Origin: Catajapyx aquilonaris
Lineage: Eukaryota
DNA: 64,000 nt
Assembly: GCA_000934665.2 (NCBI GenBank)
Contig: JYFJ02001669.1
Span: 1 to 64,000, forward strand
Direction: 5' to 3'
Shown here: positions 27,301 through 41,184 of the stretch, piece by piece
Numbering within the stretch: the stretch's first letter is position 1
Layout of the letters: each line of letters opens with the position of its first letter
Position numbers and translations under genes: made by a program
Notes under the pieces: generated by a model
The model's database searches: none
What the model was told of the DNA's origin: nothing
The model's input: only the letters and a program-made list of their open reading frames with translations

Positions 27301-28261
27301 GCGGAGTTTCATTAAAAGGCTGCACTCGTTTTAAGAAGATCTAATCAGGCACTTCGTTAAATCCAATTACATCTAATCCACTACTAATTGACACTCCATT
27401 TCAATTTACAAGATAAGAAAGGATCGAAGCTTCCGTCAAATTAACACCCGTCCTTTTTAATTTATAATAAGTTACAAACAAACAAAAAACCGATACACAG
27501 GGTGTCCGGAATTATTTTGACGACTTAGCTCGTTATTTTACGAACACTACTTTGTTTACAAATAATAATATCGCTTTAATGATAATTTCAGCCGATGTCA
27601 TTTTGTTCGGACACTACGCTGCTTATTTTAAGCATTTTACGTGTAATTATGTCGCTGAAGATCATTTCAAGTGACGGAGGACGATTCATAATTACGTTTG
27701 GTATCGCAATAATTTTTATATCGCAGAAGGGCAATCGAACAAATTAGCCAAAATAAAAAATTGCGGTCATCTCCGTCACCAGATCGAAGCCATAAATTTT
27801 CATAACGTTTCAATCGATGCTTACCTAACGAGTGGTGTGGCCTTCTGAAGTGCGGGCGCCCAAGCTGGAAGGAAGTCGGTGAGGTTGCTCTTCCGCTTGC
27901 TGTACTGAATCACGTCATTCGCAAGGTAGAACAGGGGCAGACGGTGCTCCACTTTCACTGCAAACAGACGGAAAAATTCACGTCAGAAATTGCGTGAAAT
28001 GGTAAGCGGATGGGGAAGACTGACCTTTTCTAATGACGTTGAGCCAGACCTTGATGATAGGTCTGTGGTGCTGTCGGTTGAGGAGGCACCAGTTGGACAC
28101 GGACTGGATGCTCTCCTGGGTGTCCTTCAGGGACCTCAGCCTCTTCTCAAACTGACGCTCGTCAAACACCTCGCTCGACTCCTCCCCGCTAATTCCAACC
28201 AGTTCGAATGAACCATCGTCCGTCGGAGGGCTTGACGAACTCGCACCCGAGACGCCAGCAC
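24397..28261 (-). CDS. RPRD2: Regulation of nuclear pre-mRNA domain-containing protein (RPRD2-like): N-terminal CID/RPR domain, coiled coil, long Pro-rich and RGG tail
   Basis: Exons 28261-28025, 27957-27825, 27021-26735, 26679-26266, 26209-25962, 25899-24397, all phase-compatible. CID motifs LKDTQESIQSVSNWCL, RLPLFYLANDVIQYSKRK and RIFKIWDERGVY. Probable further 5' exon ending at 29534. Start codon unresolved. Confidence 0.88.
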
Positions 28262-28879
28262 CTTTTGAGCAGAAAGGATTGATTAATGCACACCCAGGTG
28301 ATTACATCTCAGCACATGCACAACGTACGACATTGATCTAATTACACTTGAATATCGCCGGATCAATATTTGCTGACACTTCCCGAGAAAAATAATCACC
28401 ATAAGATATGGGCAATATGCTTCACGTCAGAACAATGCTTTTTTTACCTGATATTGCTACAGAAACTATTCAGATCGCGATCTACTAACTTATCTTAGAA
28501 AAGGCGTACAATGATACGTACTTGTCACAGGCTAACTTTTGCATAATGATCTATATTTAACTCCGAAGAAAATCTCTCGCACAACTTACACGGTTTTTGC
28601 CCATTCGAGTCGACACTTGACATTTTAACCGAGCAAATTGAGCTAGAAAATTGCCCTCGCTTAACTGAGCGAACACTATTCAGGTTAGAGTACGACATGC
28701 CATCCAACTTGGTATGACCTAATATAACTAATAACAAATAAATTACTTGTATAAGTCCACAGTAACTAATTAATTGCACGCTTGCATCAACTAACAGTAA
28801 CAAAATTTATTACGTTTGCGATAAGCACCCTGTGTGCTTTTAGACGTTCTTATATTAATACCAATTAATACTATTAATT

Positions 28880-29180
28880 AGTAAATGACGCTTATTACTA
28901 ATTGAATTGCTGCGTGCTGCTGATGAACTTTGTAGAAAAAACGTACATAATATTTATTAATTATCAAAATTACGCTATTACTAATTTAATAGCTGCGTGC
29001 TGTTGACAGGCATTGTAGAAAAAAATGTATGTAATATTTATAAATTATCAAAATTATGCTTATTACTAATTTAATAGCTGCGTGCTGCTGACGGACTTTA
29101 TGGAGAGGTGTACATTAATTATTAGTTATTAAAATGACGCTTATTATTAATTTCATTGCTGCAGGCTGCTGACGAACTCT
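28880..29180. repeat. Tandem repeat of about 83 bp (4 copies)
   Basis: AAATGACGCTTATTACTAATT..ATAGCTGCGTGCTGCTGA recurs four times. Confidence 0.8.
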
Positions 29181-29729
29181 ACGGAACGGACGCGTTTCGA
29201 CGCTTTAAGGTGTAAATATTACGTTACTAATGAAAGCGCCAGGCCCTTAGCGGCTAAACGACAGTAATGAGCATTACTTAATACCTTTCGAATAATGTAC
29301 AGCGTGGACAATTGGCACCCCTGACCAGCCAGGGGGTGCCAACAGTACTTGTCAAGTAAGCGGGCTTCCGCTATAGCGAAGTGTGTACTTTCAATGCTTA
29401 TGATTGTGCGCACATTCCGTGCCCATTACGGCTACCGGTTGGTACTTGCTAAGCGCTTGCATCTTATGGCCAACTAATTAACCTATGTACTAGGTAGGGG
29501 AGCCTGTTTTCGAACCTCTGAATGCTCGTTTACCTCTTCCGGCCTTGGACCTCCTCCTGTGGTGCGCCCTCCTGTGGTTGTTGGGCCCCGGGGCGCGCCC
29601 CGAGCCCTGCCTGTGGCTGGCCCCCGGCGTCGTGGCTCCGGGTGTCGAAACAGACGCCGACGAGCGGGATCCGGAAGGGGTAAGAAGAGGCGTCGCGAGA
29701 GAATCGAACGCCCAGGCCTAGCTTCTGAA

Positions 29730-29912
29730 GGCCGCCATCTTGGAAATGTCGCCGCGTTCCTTTTCCATGGAAGCGGGTTGGCAGCCCTGGCGATGCATCC
29801 GCCCGGAGCCAATCGGATTCGAGGTTGCTTACCGCCCGTGACGTCACGGCCAATCGGAACCCCCGTTGGAACCCCATCTGGGCTGGAGGACCGGGGTGTA
29901 GCCAACCGAACA
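29730..29912. promoter_or_regulatory. Bidirectional GC-rich promoter (RPRD2-like / TRMO)
   Basis: YY1-type GCCGCCATCTTG at 29731, CCAAT boxes at 29809 and 29850, and a CRE palindrome CCGTGACGTCACGG at 29836-29849, between divergent first exons. Confidence 0.7.
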
Positions 29913-32889
29913 ATGGCGTCGATGGAAATGCACGCTGCTGAAGCCCTCCTAAGGCAGCAGCTTCAGGCGGGAAGGTCTGAACTCAAGAACATCAGGTCTG
30001 AAACCCACCCACCCACCACCACTTCCGAAATAATAATTAATCGGCCCCCCCAAAAAAAAGAAATTCATTTTACAAATATTTTGTACAGGTTTTAATACCC
30101 ACAAATAAGTTGCATTTTTTATTCCTTTTTTTTTTCTCTCCCCCTGCCATATATATATATATATATTTTTTTTTGGGGAGGTTTAAAGGGGAATCAACAA
30201 AATTATTATAGAGGGGAAAAAAATTGGGTTCACTTTTCCAACCAGTTCTTAATTGCATAAGTTAATTGGGCGACAAGCTTGAAAACGAGATTAGGTACAT
30301 AGTAATGCGACGCTTCACACGTTGAAATGCAATTTTTTTACTCATTGTTAGTGCGCTGTAATCACAATTGTTGTTAATTGCAGGGTTGAACAATTGGTGC
30401 GTCGCAATTGTTGGGAATTAACTAACAACAGACTGCGACTGTTGGAATTAATTAGCCGACCACAAATTGTTGGGAATTTATTAGTCAACCGCAATTGTTG
30501 GGGATTAACTTATTAGTCTACCGCAATTGTTGGGAATTAATTGGTCGACCGCAATTGTTGGGAATTCCACAACCAGCTGCAGTTGTTGAGAATTAATTAA
30601 CCGATCGCAATTGTTGGGGATTAAGTAACCAGCTTCAATTGCGGGGGAAATTAATTAGTTGACAAATTGTTCAAGGGAATAAATTAGCCGACCGCAATTA
30701 TTGTTGGCAGTAAATAATTAACCAGCTGCGATTGTTGGAAATAGAATTAACCAAAATGCAATTGTTGGAAATTTATTAACCAAAATGCAACTGTTGGAAA
30801 TTAATTAAACCAAAAATGCAATTGTTGGGAATGATTAACCAAACAATAATTGTTGATAATTTCGGATTATATAGGCGGTGCGCAGCCTATTAAATTGTCT
30901 GCGACAGAACAACAATTGGTAGCAATTTAACAATTGGTACGGTACATGACAATTGTTGGGAATAATTAGCCGGCCGCAATTGTTGGGAATTAATTAACCA
31001 AAAATGCAATTGTTGGAAATATATTAACCGGCTGCAATTGTTGGAAATATATTAACCAAAAATGCAATTGTTGGAAATTAATTCGCCAAAATTCAATTGT
31101 TGGGAATGATTAACCAAGAGTTGATAGCGTTGACTTATCAGCGGTACACAGCCTATTAAATTGACTGCGACTGAACAAAGAGCAGCTTATCGCATACAAT
31201 TGTTCTGGCGGTAACTACCGATGTTCATGACTCGTTCGTTACATACAAAGCGACTGCAGGATAACGAAATTTTCTTAAAAAGAACTGCAGAACTTGTGGC
31301 CAATAAGTTACTTTCCTTCATAAGCAATCAGCACGAGATATTATCATTATCATAAATGAACACTGCTTGCTGTAGTTACGGTTGATATCGCTTTAGTCCG
31401 CATAACAATTGCATGTAATGATTTCAAGAGCGTACACCATGAAAAGCAAGAACATGTGCTCATACAAAGTAAATAATTGCAACAATTGTGTCTCAGCTGT
31501 GTAAATTCATTTTCAAGCTTGTCAATTATGCGGGAAATAATTGTACTAATTACAGCAATGGTTGAAAAGTAGTCGCTGCATTTCGACACTTCAATAATCA
31601 ATCGATTAGGATCGATAGGGCCAGAGGGGAGGGGGGGGGATTCAAAAAAAAAGGAAAAGAGCAGGGCTACGTAATCTCCCGAACATGTTAACTAACCACC
31701 GGTAATAATTTTTTTTCACGCCATTTCCTACATACAAAGTATGAAAAAGTAGAGCAATAGGAAAGAGTAGGAAACAATCGGAAAAGACTTCCATCCTGAA
31801 CAAAAATTAAAGTGGGGGAGGGAAAATACATACAAGTTATTATTATTTTTTTAAATATACACACGCTAAATTAAAATGTGGGAGAGGCATCATGTCAAAA
31901 AATGTACACTGCATAAATTACTGGTTATTGCTAAATTCTTCTTACATGTTTTAAAAATTAAAGACAGGAAATAGCATCGCTGAAGCACCAGCATCGGAAG
32001 GATGTGGCCGCATTGCAGGGGATGCTGGCTGGACCACCGAGTCCACAGCCGAAGCCGGAGACGAAGCGGGAGTCGCTAAGCTTCAATCCGATCGGACACA
32101 TTTCGACGCCTTTCCTGCACAAAAACGGGACACCTCGCCAGGGGCAGCTCTGCCCAGGGGCCACCGCCACGTTGCGGCTGGACGTCCCGAACGCATCCCA
32201 CACACTGCGAGGACTTGCGGAGTTCTCACACGCCTGGATCCTGTTTGTGTTTCATCTGAACGAGCCAGAGTCCGGCCGGAAAGCGACAGTCGCACCGCCT
32301 CGACTGGACGGCCGTCGCTTGGGAATATTCGCTACAAGGTCGCCCCACAGGCCAAACCCAATCGGACTTACGCTGGCCAAAATACGCTCCGTCACAGGTA
32401 AGATTCATCCCCCTCCTCAACTTAGAGATTCATACCCAATGGAATGATCCTGCCGCTCTGGGTTCAATCCGAGATTGAACCCAGAGCGGAACTTAACCAA
32501 ATTCCGCAGATGGCAGTGTTGAGCTGGGCGGAATTGACCTCGTCGATGGCACGCCGGTGTTGGACATCAAGCCGTATGTTCCCAGCTACGATGCGCCAGA
32601 TTGCACGCCGGATCAGCCGCATGCGACGGTACCGGAGTGGCTAGAAGCGGATCGGCTGTCAGTCCGCTTCACTCCGACCGCATCGCAGCAGATAGCGGCA
32701 CTTCCAGACAGCGGCCGGTTCATCTCGCTTCTAACGTCGGTCCTAACGAACGACCCTCGCTCGTCATACCGCCGACAGAGCTGCTCCGATCGCCTGTACT
32801 TCCTAACACTCGATGGCATCCACGTAACCGTCTGGTTCGACGAGGATGTAGCAGAGGTGCTTCGTGTACGCCACACTCAAATAAATTAA
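29913..32889 (+). CDS. TRMO: tRNA (adenine(37)-N6)-methyltransferase, TsaA/TrmO family
   Basis: Exons 29913-29995, 31964-32397, 32510-32889. Motifs PIGHISTPF..KNGTPRQ, LRGLAEFSHAWILFVFH, GIFATRSPHRPNPIGLTL, GIDLVDGTPVLDIKPYVP and DPRSSY. Confidence 0.93.
30370..31120. repeat. Minisatellite of about 30 bp (GCAATTGTTGGGAATTAATTAACC) in TRMO intron 1
   Basis: More than 20 degenerate tandem units. Confidence 0.9.
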
Positions 32890-32934
32890 TCACAAGGAAT
32901 GTGGAAGCACTTAATTTGGGGGGCGGGTTAGTTC

Positions 32935-35900
32935 CTAGAAGAAGAATATCTCTTGCTCCGATGCGTCTTGTCGCTTCGGGTTCTGGGACGCGGCGGGACT
33001 AGGTCGTTGGGGCAGCTTCGGGTAAGTGTGTGTCCTTTGTGCGCCTCGGCCGCTTGACGGGCCGGGGTTAGCAACGGGAGGCGGAGATGACGGCCCCATG
33101 AGCGCCGGACTACTGCCAGTCCGCTGGTGGTATGGCGCCGTTAGTAGCACCGGCGGCGGGGCAGCCACCAACGCCGACGCGTTGGGCCCGGCGCCTAACG
33201 ATCCCGGCAGTTCCGCTTTGGACCCTTCGCTCAACCGCAACGGAAGAAGCTGCTGAACCTTCTTGGCCTGCGGTTGAGTCGTGGCCGGTTGGGCCAATCC
33301 GCCTGCCGCCAACTTAAGCGGAAGCTGCTGTCTGACGGCAGGTATGGCAGCCTTATGCTGGTTTGTCGCACTGACCAAATGCACTGGCGGTGGCACGGCC
33401 GGTGGCGCCTTACGAGGTTGAGGCGGAAGCGGGATTTCTTCCGGATCCGGTGCGGGTGCCACTATCGTGTTTGTAGGCCCGACGAGGATTCCTTGCGCCC
33501 GAAGAGCTTCCAGCTTCCGGTACAGCATCTCCCGCTGTTCCTTAACGTCGTCTTGTTCCGCCTTGACTCGCTCCTGCAGTGCGGCTAGTCTGGTCCGCTC
33601 CTCCGTGAGGTCCCGCTCCTCCTGATCCCGCCGGCGGATCCACCCGCTCTTTTCCTGGCTGAACTTATCCTGCAGGTTGCGCAGTTCCTCCAACGTGTGG
33701 CTGTACACTCCGTCCGATGCGCCACTGCCTGACAGTCCCGCTCTCCTTTCCGCCAACTGCAGTCGACGCATCCCTTCCTGCAACTGCACTCGGGATTGCT
33801 CGACAGCGGTCGCCTGCTGGCTCAGCACGATCAGGAACCAATGGAGGCAGTGCGCTAACTGAAGACCCGCTTCCCGTCGGCCGTCCTGTCCCTCCGGTTG
33901 TTGGCTGTCGACCTGCAGATGCTGCAGGTTCGCCAGCTGGGCGTCGAACCCACCGAATGTCTCGGCACGGCGCGGCAGAAGTGGCGAGACGTACGTTGCA
34001 CTTTGGTGCTCGCCGACTGAGCTGGCGCTGCGGCTGAGGTTTGCTGCCGCAGCATCGGCATCTGGCGCTTGAACTCTCGCGGCCATCGTGAGTGCGAGTC
34101 TGGCCGCCTCTTGCGCCGCTGTCATCAACTCCTGCCGAGGCGCCATGGCCGGTCCTTCTTCGCCTAATAATGTGGCGTAACTTGGCGCTTCGGCTGCATT
34201 GCCAGATTGCTCTAACGCCAGTAACTCCAGGGACAATCGCATCTTCTCCTCCAGTAATGTCGCGAGTTGCGCATCTTTCGTTTGCATCGCCTGCGTCAGA
34301 TTCCGCGCCTTCTCACTCCGCTCCATCAGCAATCTGCGAGCTTCCTCGTCGTCCTCGTCCTCAGGATTACCGCCGCCATCTTCAGTCTCGACAGGGCAGT
34401 TGTCGACAGCCTCCCGTATCGCCTGGATCCACACATGCCGCTCTTTTGGGTTCAACACTTCGAGCTCATACATGATCGGATCAGGTGCAGCCGGATTCGA
34501 TATCAGATACAATCCGGTGTTGTTCTGTCCAGCCTTTTCTCGCACCAACAGTTGCTGCAGAGGGAGTGCGGCCGGCTGCCAACATGAAACGAGATGTTAC
34601 TAACAAGTTTAAGTACAACGAGCGAGCCAACTGACCTTTCCGTCAATCTGCAAGAAGTGCATCTTCCCTCCCGCGTCCTGCAGGAAGAAGAGCAAGTCCG
34701 ACAGCACGACCACGTGTGTCATCTTGTGCCTCTGCTGGGACGAGTGGGACGAGTGGGAGGAATAATGCGATTCACGGTGGTGGTGGTGCCCGTGGCTGTG
34801 ACTCGGAGCCAAATTGGCCGATCCTTCGAACCTCAAAGTCCTGAAAGCACAATTACGTTAAAAGGTACAGTGAAAAGTACATTTTCGGAGAGGCATACCT
34901 GTGCTGCGCAAGAACATCCGACTTCTTGAACTTCCTGGTCCTAAAGAGAGCCGAGCTTTTCGGATCCAACCGATGGTAGATGTGTATCTGCCTCTGCCTG
35001 CGCTGGTGCTGCTCCACTCGGGCGTCCACTGCTCGAACAACAGCCTTGAGCGAGTCCAATGCTTGAGCCAGATGCGGTGCCTCCTGCGGGCGGATATCTT
35101 TCGAAGCCTTCAGAAGCGGCTCAAGCAGAAGAGGATACTTGGTAATACGCTGGGTGACGAACAGAACACATTCGGGCAGACCCTTCTTCTTCAGTTGCGG
35201 ATGGGCCGCACAGAGCCGGACGAACTGGGCGAACCGGCGGTCTGTCCGCTCCAATTCCTGCCGATATGTAACGGTGAGCCGCAGATGGACATGCCGCATA
35301 AAAACCTTACCTTGTAGAGCTGAAGGGCCTCCTGATGCTTCGAGCAGAACTCGCCGTATGCGACTTCCATTCGTTGGGCGCCCTGGCCTCCGAACTGCTC
35401 CAGCAGCAAGTCCGCAAGTGACTGCAGCACAGGCTGCTGCTCCCTCTGCCTCTGCCGCAGCTTCCTCAAGAACCCCATATGCAGATCAAGAAGGTCCGGC
35501 AAACACGGAAAGAGCCGCTCCACATCCGCCTGATCCAGCCCGAGGTGCCGTCTCATCCCGGACGCAAACACCCGTTGCACCAAGGCCAGAACCAGACTGC
35601 AAACAACATGTTTAGACAAACAGACATTTAGGTAGTCGATAATAAATTACCAGTGGTGCTTCTCCGTCATGATGAGCTCGTACATGTGCTCCTGTCGCTT
35701 CACCTCTCGCTCCTTCAGCCTCTTGACGACCTTGCGATCTACTGTTTGCGCCCAGCATTCCATCTCCTCCTCTTGGAGTCCCAGCACCGGGTCGTCCCAC
35801 TCGACTTCCGGCAGCAGCGGAGATGGCTCAGCTGACGAGGATGGGGATGGGTGGGATGGTGCTGAAAGGTCGTCTCCAATCTCCGGAGTAACCACAGTGG

Positions 35901-38900
35901 ACGCGGAATCTTCCGGCGCAACGCTAAGAAAATGTGCGAACAATTAGATATCACGCAACTATTGCATTCGGCATGTGAAACTCACCCGTTTGGCTCATCA
36001 GTCGTTTCCCGTTCATCCGAGGGGCCTTTGCTGCGGAAAAGAACGAGAGATTAGCAACGGTCCGCACAAGTTGACACTCACTACACACGTCTAGTGTAAA
36101 GCATGCAAAACAATGACGGGACATCCAGTGCTTCGATAGCTGCACTTACTTAACCCCCAACTTGGTGGCCACCCGCCTCCACTGCGAGTATTTCCTCGGG
36201 GTGCTTGCGTAAGAGGGGCCAACTCTGATTTTAACTCCGCCACTTTTTTACTCGTTCGCTGCTATTTTATTTTTTAAATATTTTGTGCAAATGCTCACCT
36301 TTGGCTGGCCACATCGGCTGATCCGACTGACAAGCTTTTCCCGCCAGCCGACAGAGTTGAAGATGACGTTGAGATCGACGGTCGGCTCATTATCTGTAAT
36401 GTTCATTGTTAGCACGATCCGTACAGTTCAACAATTGCGAGCGGACCAACCCTTGGTATCCTGAACCTGGTGCACTCCGGCACATGCTCCTTGCACGTTC
36501 CCTCGTGCACCGCGAGATGACAGCTCTCGCATCGGACCGCACCTTTGGCCCCTCCGGTGCTGAGCGAACGTGAGCAGACTCCGCACAGGGCATTGTTCCC
36601 GAAAGAGACGGACAGAAACTGATGCGGCCGCTTCGGCTTGGCTTCCTTTTCCTTCTTCTTCCGGAAGAACAGGCTCCCCCTCTTCCGACGCTTGCTTCCG
36701 CCTGAGTGCGGATCCTCCTCTTGGAATGCAGGACTAGATATTGATGGGTGCCAAAAAGTATCAGTATTAGACATCAACAGACTATAATCCGCACGTCACA
36801 ACAGTACGGTTTGTAAAAAAAAATAATTAATGAAGCACATTACGACCGAAACTGCCTTCGGTAGAAACGGTGCTCATTTTTCTTTTAATGGTCCGGATTA
36901 TTAATTTTGTATTGAATTTCCTAGAATTAATTTTGTGCACTTAGAGTCGCGTTTACATATGATTTGATCAGCGATGAGCATCCAATTGTTTGGGACACGA
37001 TTGTTACTTTCGCCCCAAACAATTGGGTTCATCGCTGATCAAACCGCTCACATGTAAATGCGGCATAAAAAGTAGCACGTGAACTATGGGCGTCTAAAAA
37101 ATGCAGTGCAAAACAAGACTATGTCAAGTGCAAGGTGCGAAAAAAAGCTCAGCGCACGTTGGGGGTCATTTTGTCGGGTGGGTGTGCCCCGTTAACTTAC
37201 TCCTGCCAAAGGTCCCTGAGCCCTGAAAGTGAGGCCGGGAGAGTGTTTCTGTGGTGCAGCTGCTTGCTGAACAGTCCTTTGGACTGTGAGGAGGAGGAGG
37301 ACATGCTCTTCTTCGGCTTTTCACCACCACCACTACCACCACCAAGGAACAGCATGGAGGAAAAGGAGGCAGAGGAGGTTTTGGTCAAGCGACCCGCGGA
37401 GTCCTCCTCGTCGTCATACTCCTCCTCTTCTTCCTCCTCGTCCTCGTCCTCGTCGTCGTCATCGTCGTCTTCCTCCTTATCGGGGGCACTCTCGGGGGTG
37501 GGGAGAGCCACACTGCCAGGCAAAAGCCAACTCACTCTCTACATGCACTCACTCAAGTCCTCGCTACAACTAACATCATGTCCCAACAGGTGCCAACTAC
37601 TTCCCTCATCATGCTTAAGACTTGGGGAACTGTTAAACGATGCCAGTATTTCAACACTTTTTGTGTTGGATTATTGCACCTCTTTGCACATGTATGTCCA
37701 ATTGAAAAATTGTTGCCAATTGTTCACCAATTTGTACGTACCTGAATAATTTCTCGATTTGATTTTATATCACAGCAATTGTGTGCAAACCAGTTAAAAC
37801 CAGATCAAAATGTACAGTAGTGTCGTTAAATAGAGCGTATGCACGATTCACTTCAGAATTGTAATTACGTTAAATAGAGCATATGCACGATTCACTTCAG
37901 AATTATAATTACATTAAATACGTCTAGCGTTCGTCTCAATCCAAGTGTCTAACAATAGTCAATTTACACCAGAATTTTAGAGCAGCCGTAACAATTTGAA
38001 CCCAATTGTAGCGCACCCAATCTCCAAGTCTTGGTCACCACATCTCTCATTCTTTCACACTGCGAAAAAAGTGCAGCCGCCAAAGCCCCAAATGTGAAAA
38101 TCGGCAAAAAAACTATGTGCAAATGTAATGTTAGCGCCTCCTGCCCCAGCTACTTACGAAGACGGCGGCAACACTTGCACTGCGCCAGACGCATTGTTGT
38201 TGTCGTCGTTGGGGGAGTCCTTGGCAACAATGGACGGGGTGGAGACAGACTTGTGGAGGGGGAGTCGAGGCGAGAGGAGGAGCAGGCGGGAGGAGCTTGA
38301 GCTTGAAGACGGTGGTGAGGGAGAGGGCGGAGGGAAGTTGGAAGCGGAGGCGGAGTTAAGGCCGGAGAGGAGCTTGGGCATCATCTCCGTCTGAGGCGGC
38401 TTCAGAGTCTCGGTCACCGCCGACTCTTCCACTCCAAGGCTGCTCAGACTCACGCTCCGCTGCCTCTGCGGGCCGGAGCTGTCCTCCGACACCTCAACTT
38501 TCGGCTCGCCTTTAACGAAAAGTACCCAGCGATAAGCTACAAAAGTTTCATTCGCATATGAATGTACGCAATTACCATGGATTTGTCCATTGGTCTTTTT
38601 CGGTGCCGTTACAGACCAGCTTCGTCTCCTCTCAGGCTCACCGCCGTCCCCTGCCTGCGGCCACAGCAACAAGTCTGTTCCGGCTTCTCTGGTTTGGTTC
38701 GGACCCTGCGAAGGCGGGGATGAGTTGGGCGCCTGTAGCCACACCGATGGAGCATCCGAGACGTCCGGAGACATCTCGTCGTCATCTTCTATCTCATCCT
38801 CAATCTCTCCAGCATCCTCTATCCCCATGTCTATTCCGAGGTAGTCCTCCCCGTCCACCACGCCCATCAACAGGAGGTCCGCCTCGCCTTCTTCGAACAG

Positions 38901-39868
38901 GGATGGGCAGCTGCAGCTCAGACGAGAATACGGGCCTCGCTGGAGATCAGCCTGCAACAATCACCCTATTGTTAGGGCCGCAGAATACACATCGCAACGA
39001 ATTTCAACAATGCCCGAAACGCAACTAACAATGATGCCAGTACCACTCTTGCATTTACACTTATTGCGATTAATATCGACTACTCAACAATGATCCGATC
39101 TAAACCAGAATTTGTCACAATGGCTGTTCCCACTGCAATCAGAGTAAAAGGAATTTCCTATCAAAACACATTATCTAAACTGGCACTGGTCGCGTGTAGC
39201 TGTTTACATCTCTACGGGAAATATGTGGGGGCAATTAAAAATGCATTATTCTTCCTACCTCTCCCATTCTGCAATAGAAAAAAAAAATTCAGTAACCGAA
39301 ACCCAGCCAAGGACAGCAGATAACCAGTCACATGACTCTATTATGCACAGCGTAAGAAACTGCGTCATTGTTCAGGCCGCTACTGATTTCAACAATTTTG
39401 CACACTCATCCGCAAGTGTCGGAAGCCGCAGCAATTGAGTCTTGCGTCAAGTAGACGTTGTCTTGACAGGGCGGATCTCAATTGATAACAAATCAATATA
39501 ATTAAAAGGCTGCAAAATTCTGACCGGTAACTGGAATGGCTGTGCCCTTGAAGTCCGCATCTGCTGGACAGTCTCCCTGATCCCCTGGAGCTGACGAAGG
39601 TTCTCCTCTAAGATCATGTATTCTCCTCCGCCTCTGACGCCAGATCTTCCGGCAGCTCCGCCTGCTTCGTTGGTCCCTCCGACGCCAGTCGAAGGGCCGT
39701 TGTTGTTGTTTGCATTGTTGGCAGCATTGTTGGGCATCCCAACGACATCTGCCTCGTCTCGGCCTCCCATGAGCAGGAGCCTACTTGGCCCAGGGGTGGC
39801 CCCAGGGCTCAAATTATCGCTCCCTACCAGCTCTTCCTCGCTCTCCTCGCCAGACTCGGGACCCTCGT
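32935..39868 (-). CDS. ARHGEF18: Rho guanine nucleotide exchange factor (ARHGEF18/p114RhoGEF/Cysts-like): C1, DH, PH, coiled coil, C-terminal PDZ-binding motif
   Basis: C1 domain HQF...CGVC...CESCHLAVHEGTCKEHVPEC (about 36450-36730). DH domain EVKRQEHMYELIMTEKHH...LFVTQRITKYPLLLEPL (35.8-35.0 kb). PH domain VVVLSDLLFFLQ...LVREKAGQ..GLYLIS...RHVWIQAIREAV. Ends SEQEIFFF*. Low-complexity upstream exons at about 38.2-38.9 and 39.5-39.87 kb. True first exon or exons probably lie at 41.6-45.0 kb but are unresolved. Confidence 0.88.
36947..37064. mobile_element. Harbinger-like palindromic MITE (GCGTTTACAT termini); relative at 55062-55252
   Basis: GCGTTTACATATGATTTGATCAGCGATG...CATCGCTGATCAAACCGCTCACATGTAAATGC. 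Confidence 0.55.
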
Positions 39869-41184
39869 CTAAAAATTAAACAAAAAAAAAACAGCATGTT
39901 AAACCACTTTATCAGGGAACATAATTACTACAATACATTATTCAGCGAGATAAGTGCCAAAGCTCCTGTCACAGAAGCACTTGCTGGAATATTCAGGCAT
40001 CGGACTTACGTAAAGGTGCACATGAAGTTGCATATTTGAGGTGTAAACTTCAAATGCGACTACACAAGGAACTGATAATCTGTCGACTCTGTTTGGCCTA
40101 TCAATCACTGGGAAAGTGCGCAGGTTTTTTGCTATCTAATAAATGGATCTCAAGTGTTTTGTCTGCTTGCTTACACAACATCCTCATCAAAACGATGCTC
40201 CGCTCTTGTCGGATAATGAGTTTACTCTTAAGCGTATGCATATCCATCAGTCGTCAGTACTTGTTGACTAGAATTATGTCGACAGGTCAAAGGTGGATCA
40301 AGTCCGCTTTGCCTTCTGCAACATCTCACCCTTGAAAGGAGGATAATGTTTCTCGGCCATAAGTTGGGTTAGGTAACATCAGGTCTGCAGTTTTTTGGAT
40401 GAGCAATATGCAGAACTCAAATTGATTTATATTGATGCCTGAAAATCAATTCCAGGTTACGTCAAGAGATTGGCAATCCATACGTCCTGTTCTTAAGTGA
40501 AGGTAATTTTCTTGCATGTCGACATGATCAAAAGGTTACATGATGCACAATGCAATCTGTGACCGCAATCCTTCAACGTGCAAAATCAAGTTTTCATTAT
40601 TAATTGATGTTACAATAGATATGGTACCGCATTTGTTCACATCATCACAAGTGCAAGTTAACATTGATTAGTCACTATATACAACCTTTTGTTAAAACAA
40701 AAAAGTAATCCTCGGTACATAATAGAGGCAAAAGCCCAATCAAATAATCAAGCAATTAAAAAATACAGTCCCAAACTGAAACACCTAATTAAACCGCAAT
40801 GCAAAGTTAAAACTTAAATACAACCCTGCCAGGTGTCAATAATTATGAAACTGAATGGCTTACATAGATTAAAGCAACACAATATTAACGTCAATAAAAA
40901 TCCCAATCGTTGAATAATAATCCTGTGGCCTTCTCTTCAATTTTCAATTCAAAAGGCTAATGAATATTTTTTCGCACTCAAAGCTGAAATCCAAAGTTCG
41001 CTTTGCGCTAGAATAATCAGTGCCGTAATATTTCACTTGCAGCAAACCTGTTATACATGAGATACACTTCATTCTGCATTTATTAATTTCCCTCTTGAGG
41101 ATAGGTGCGGAAGAAAGCTGATTCGGCCTTTTTATTTTTATTTTTTTTTTGCAAGAAAATCATCCCATTATTGTCCCGAAAGTG

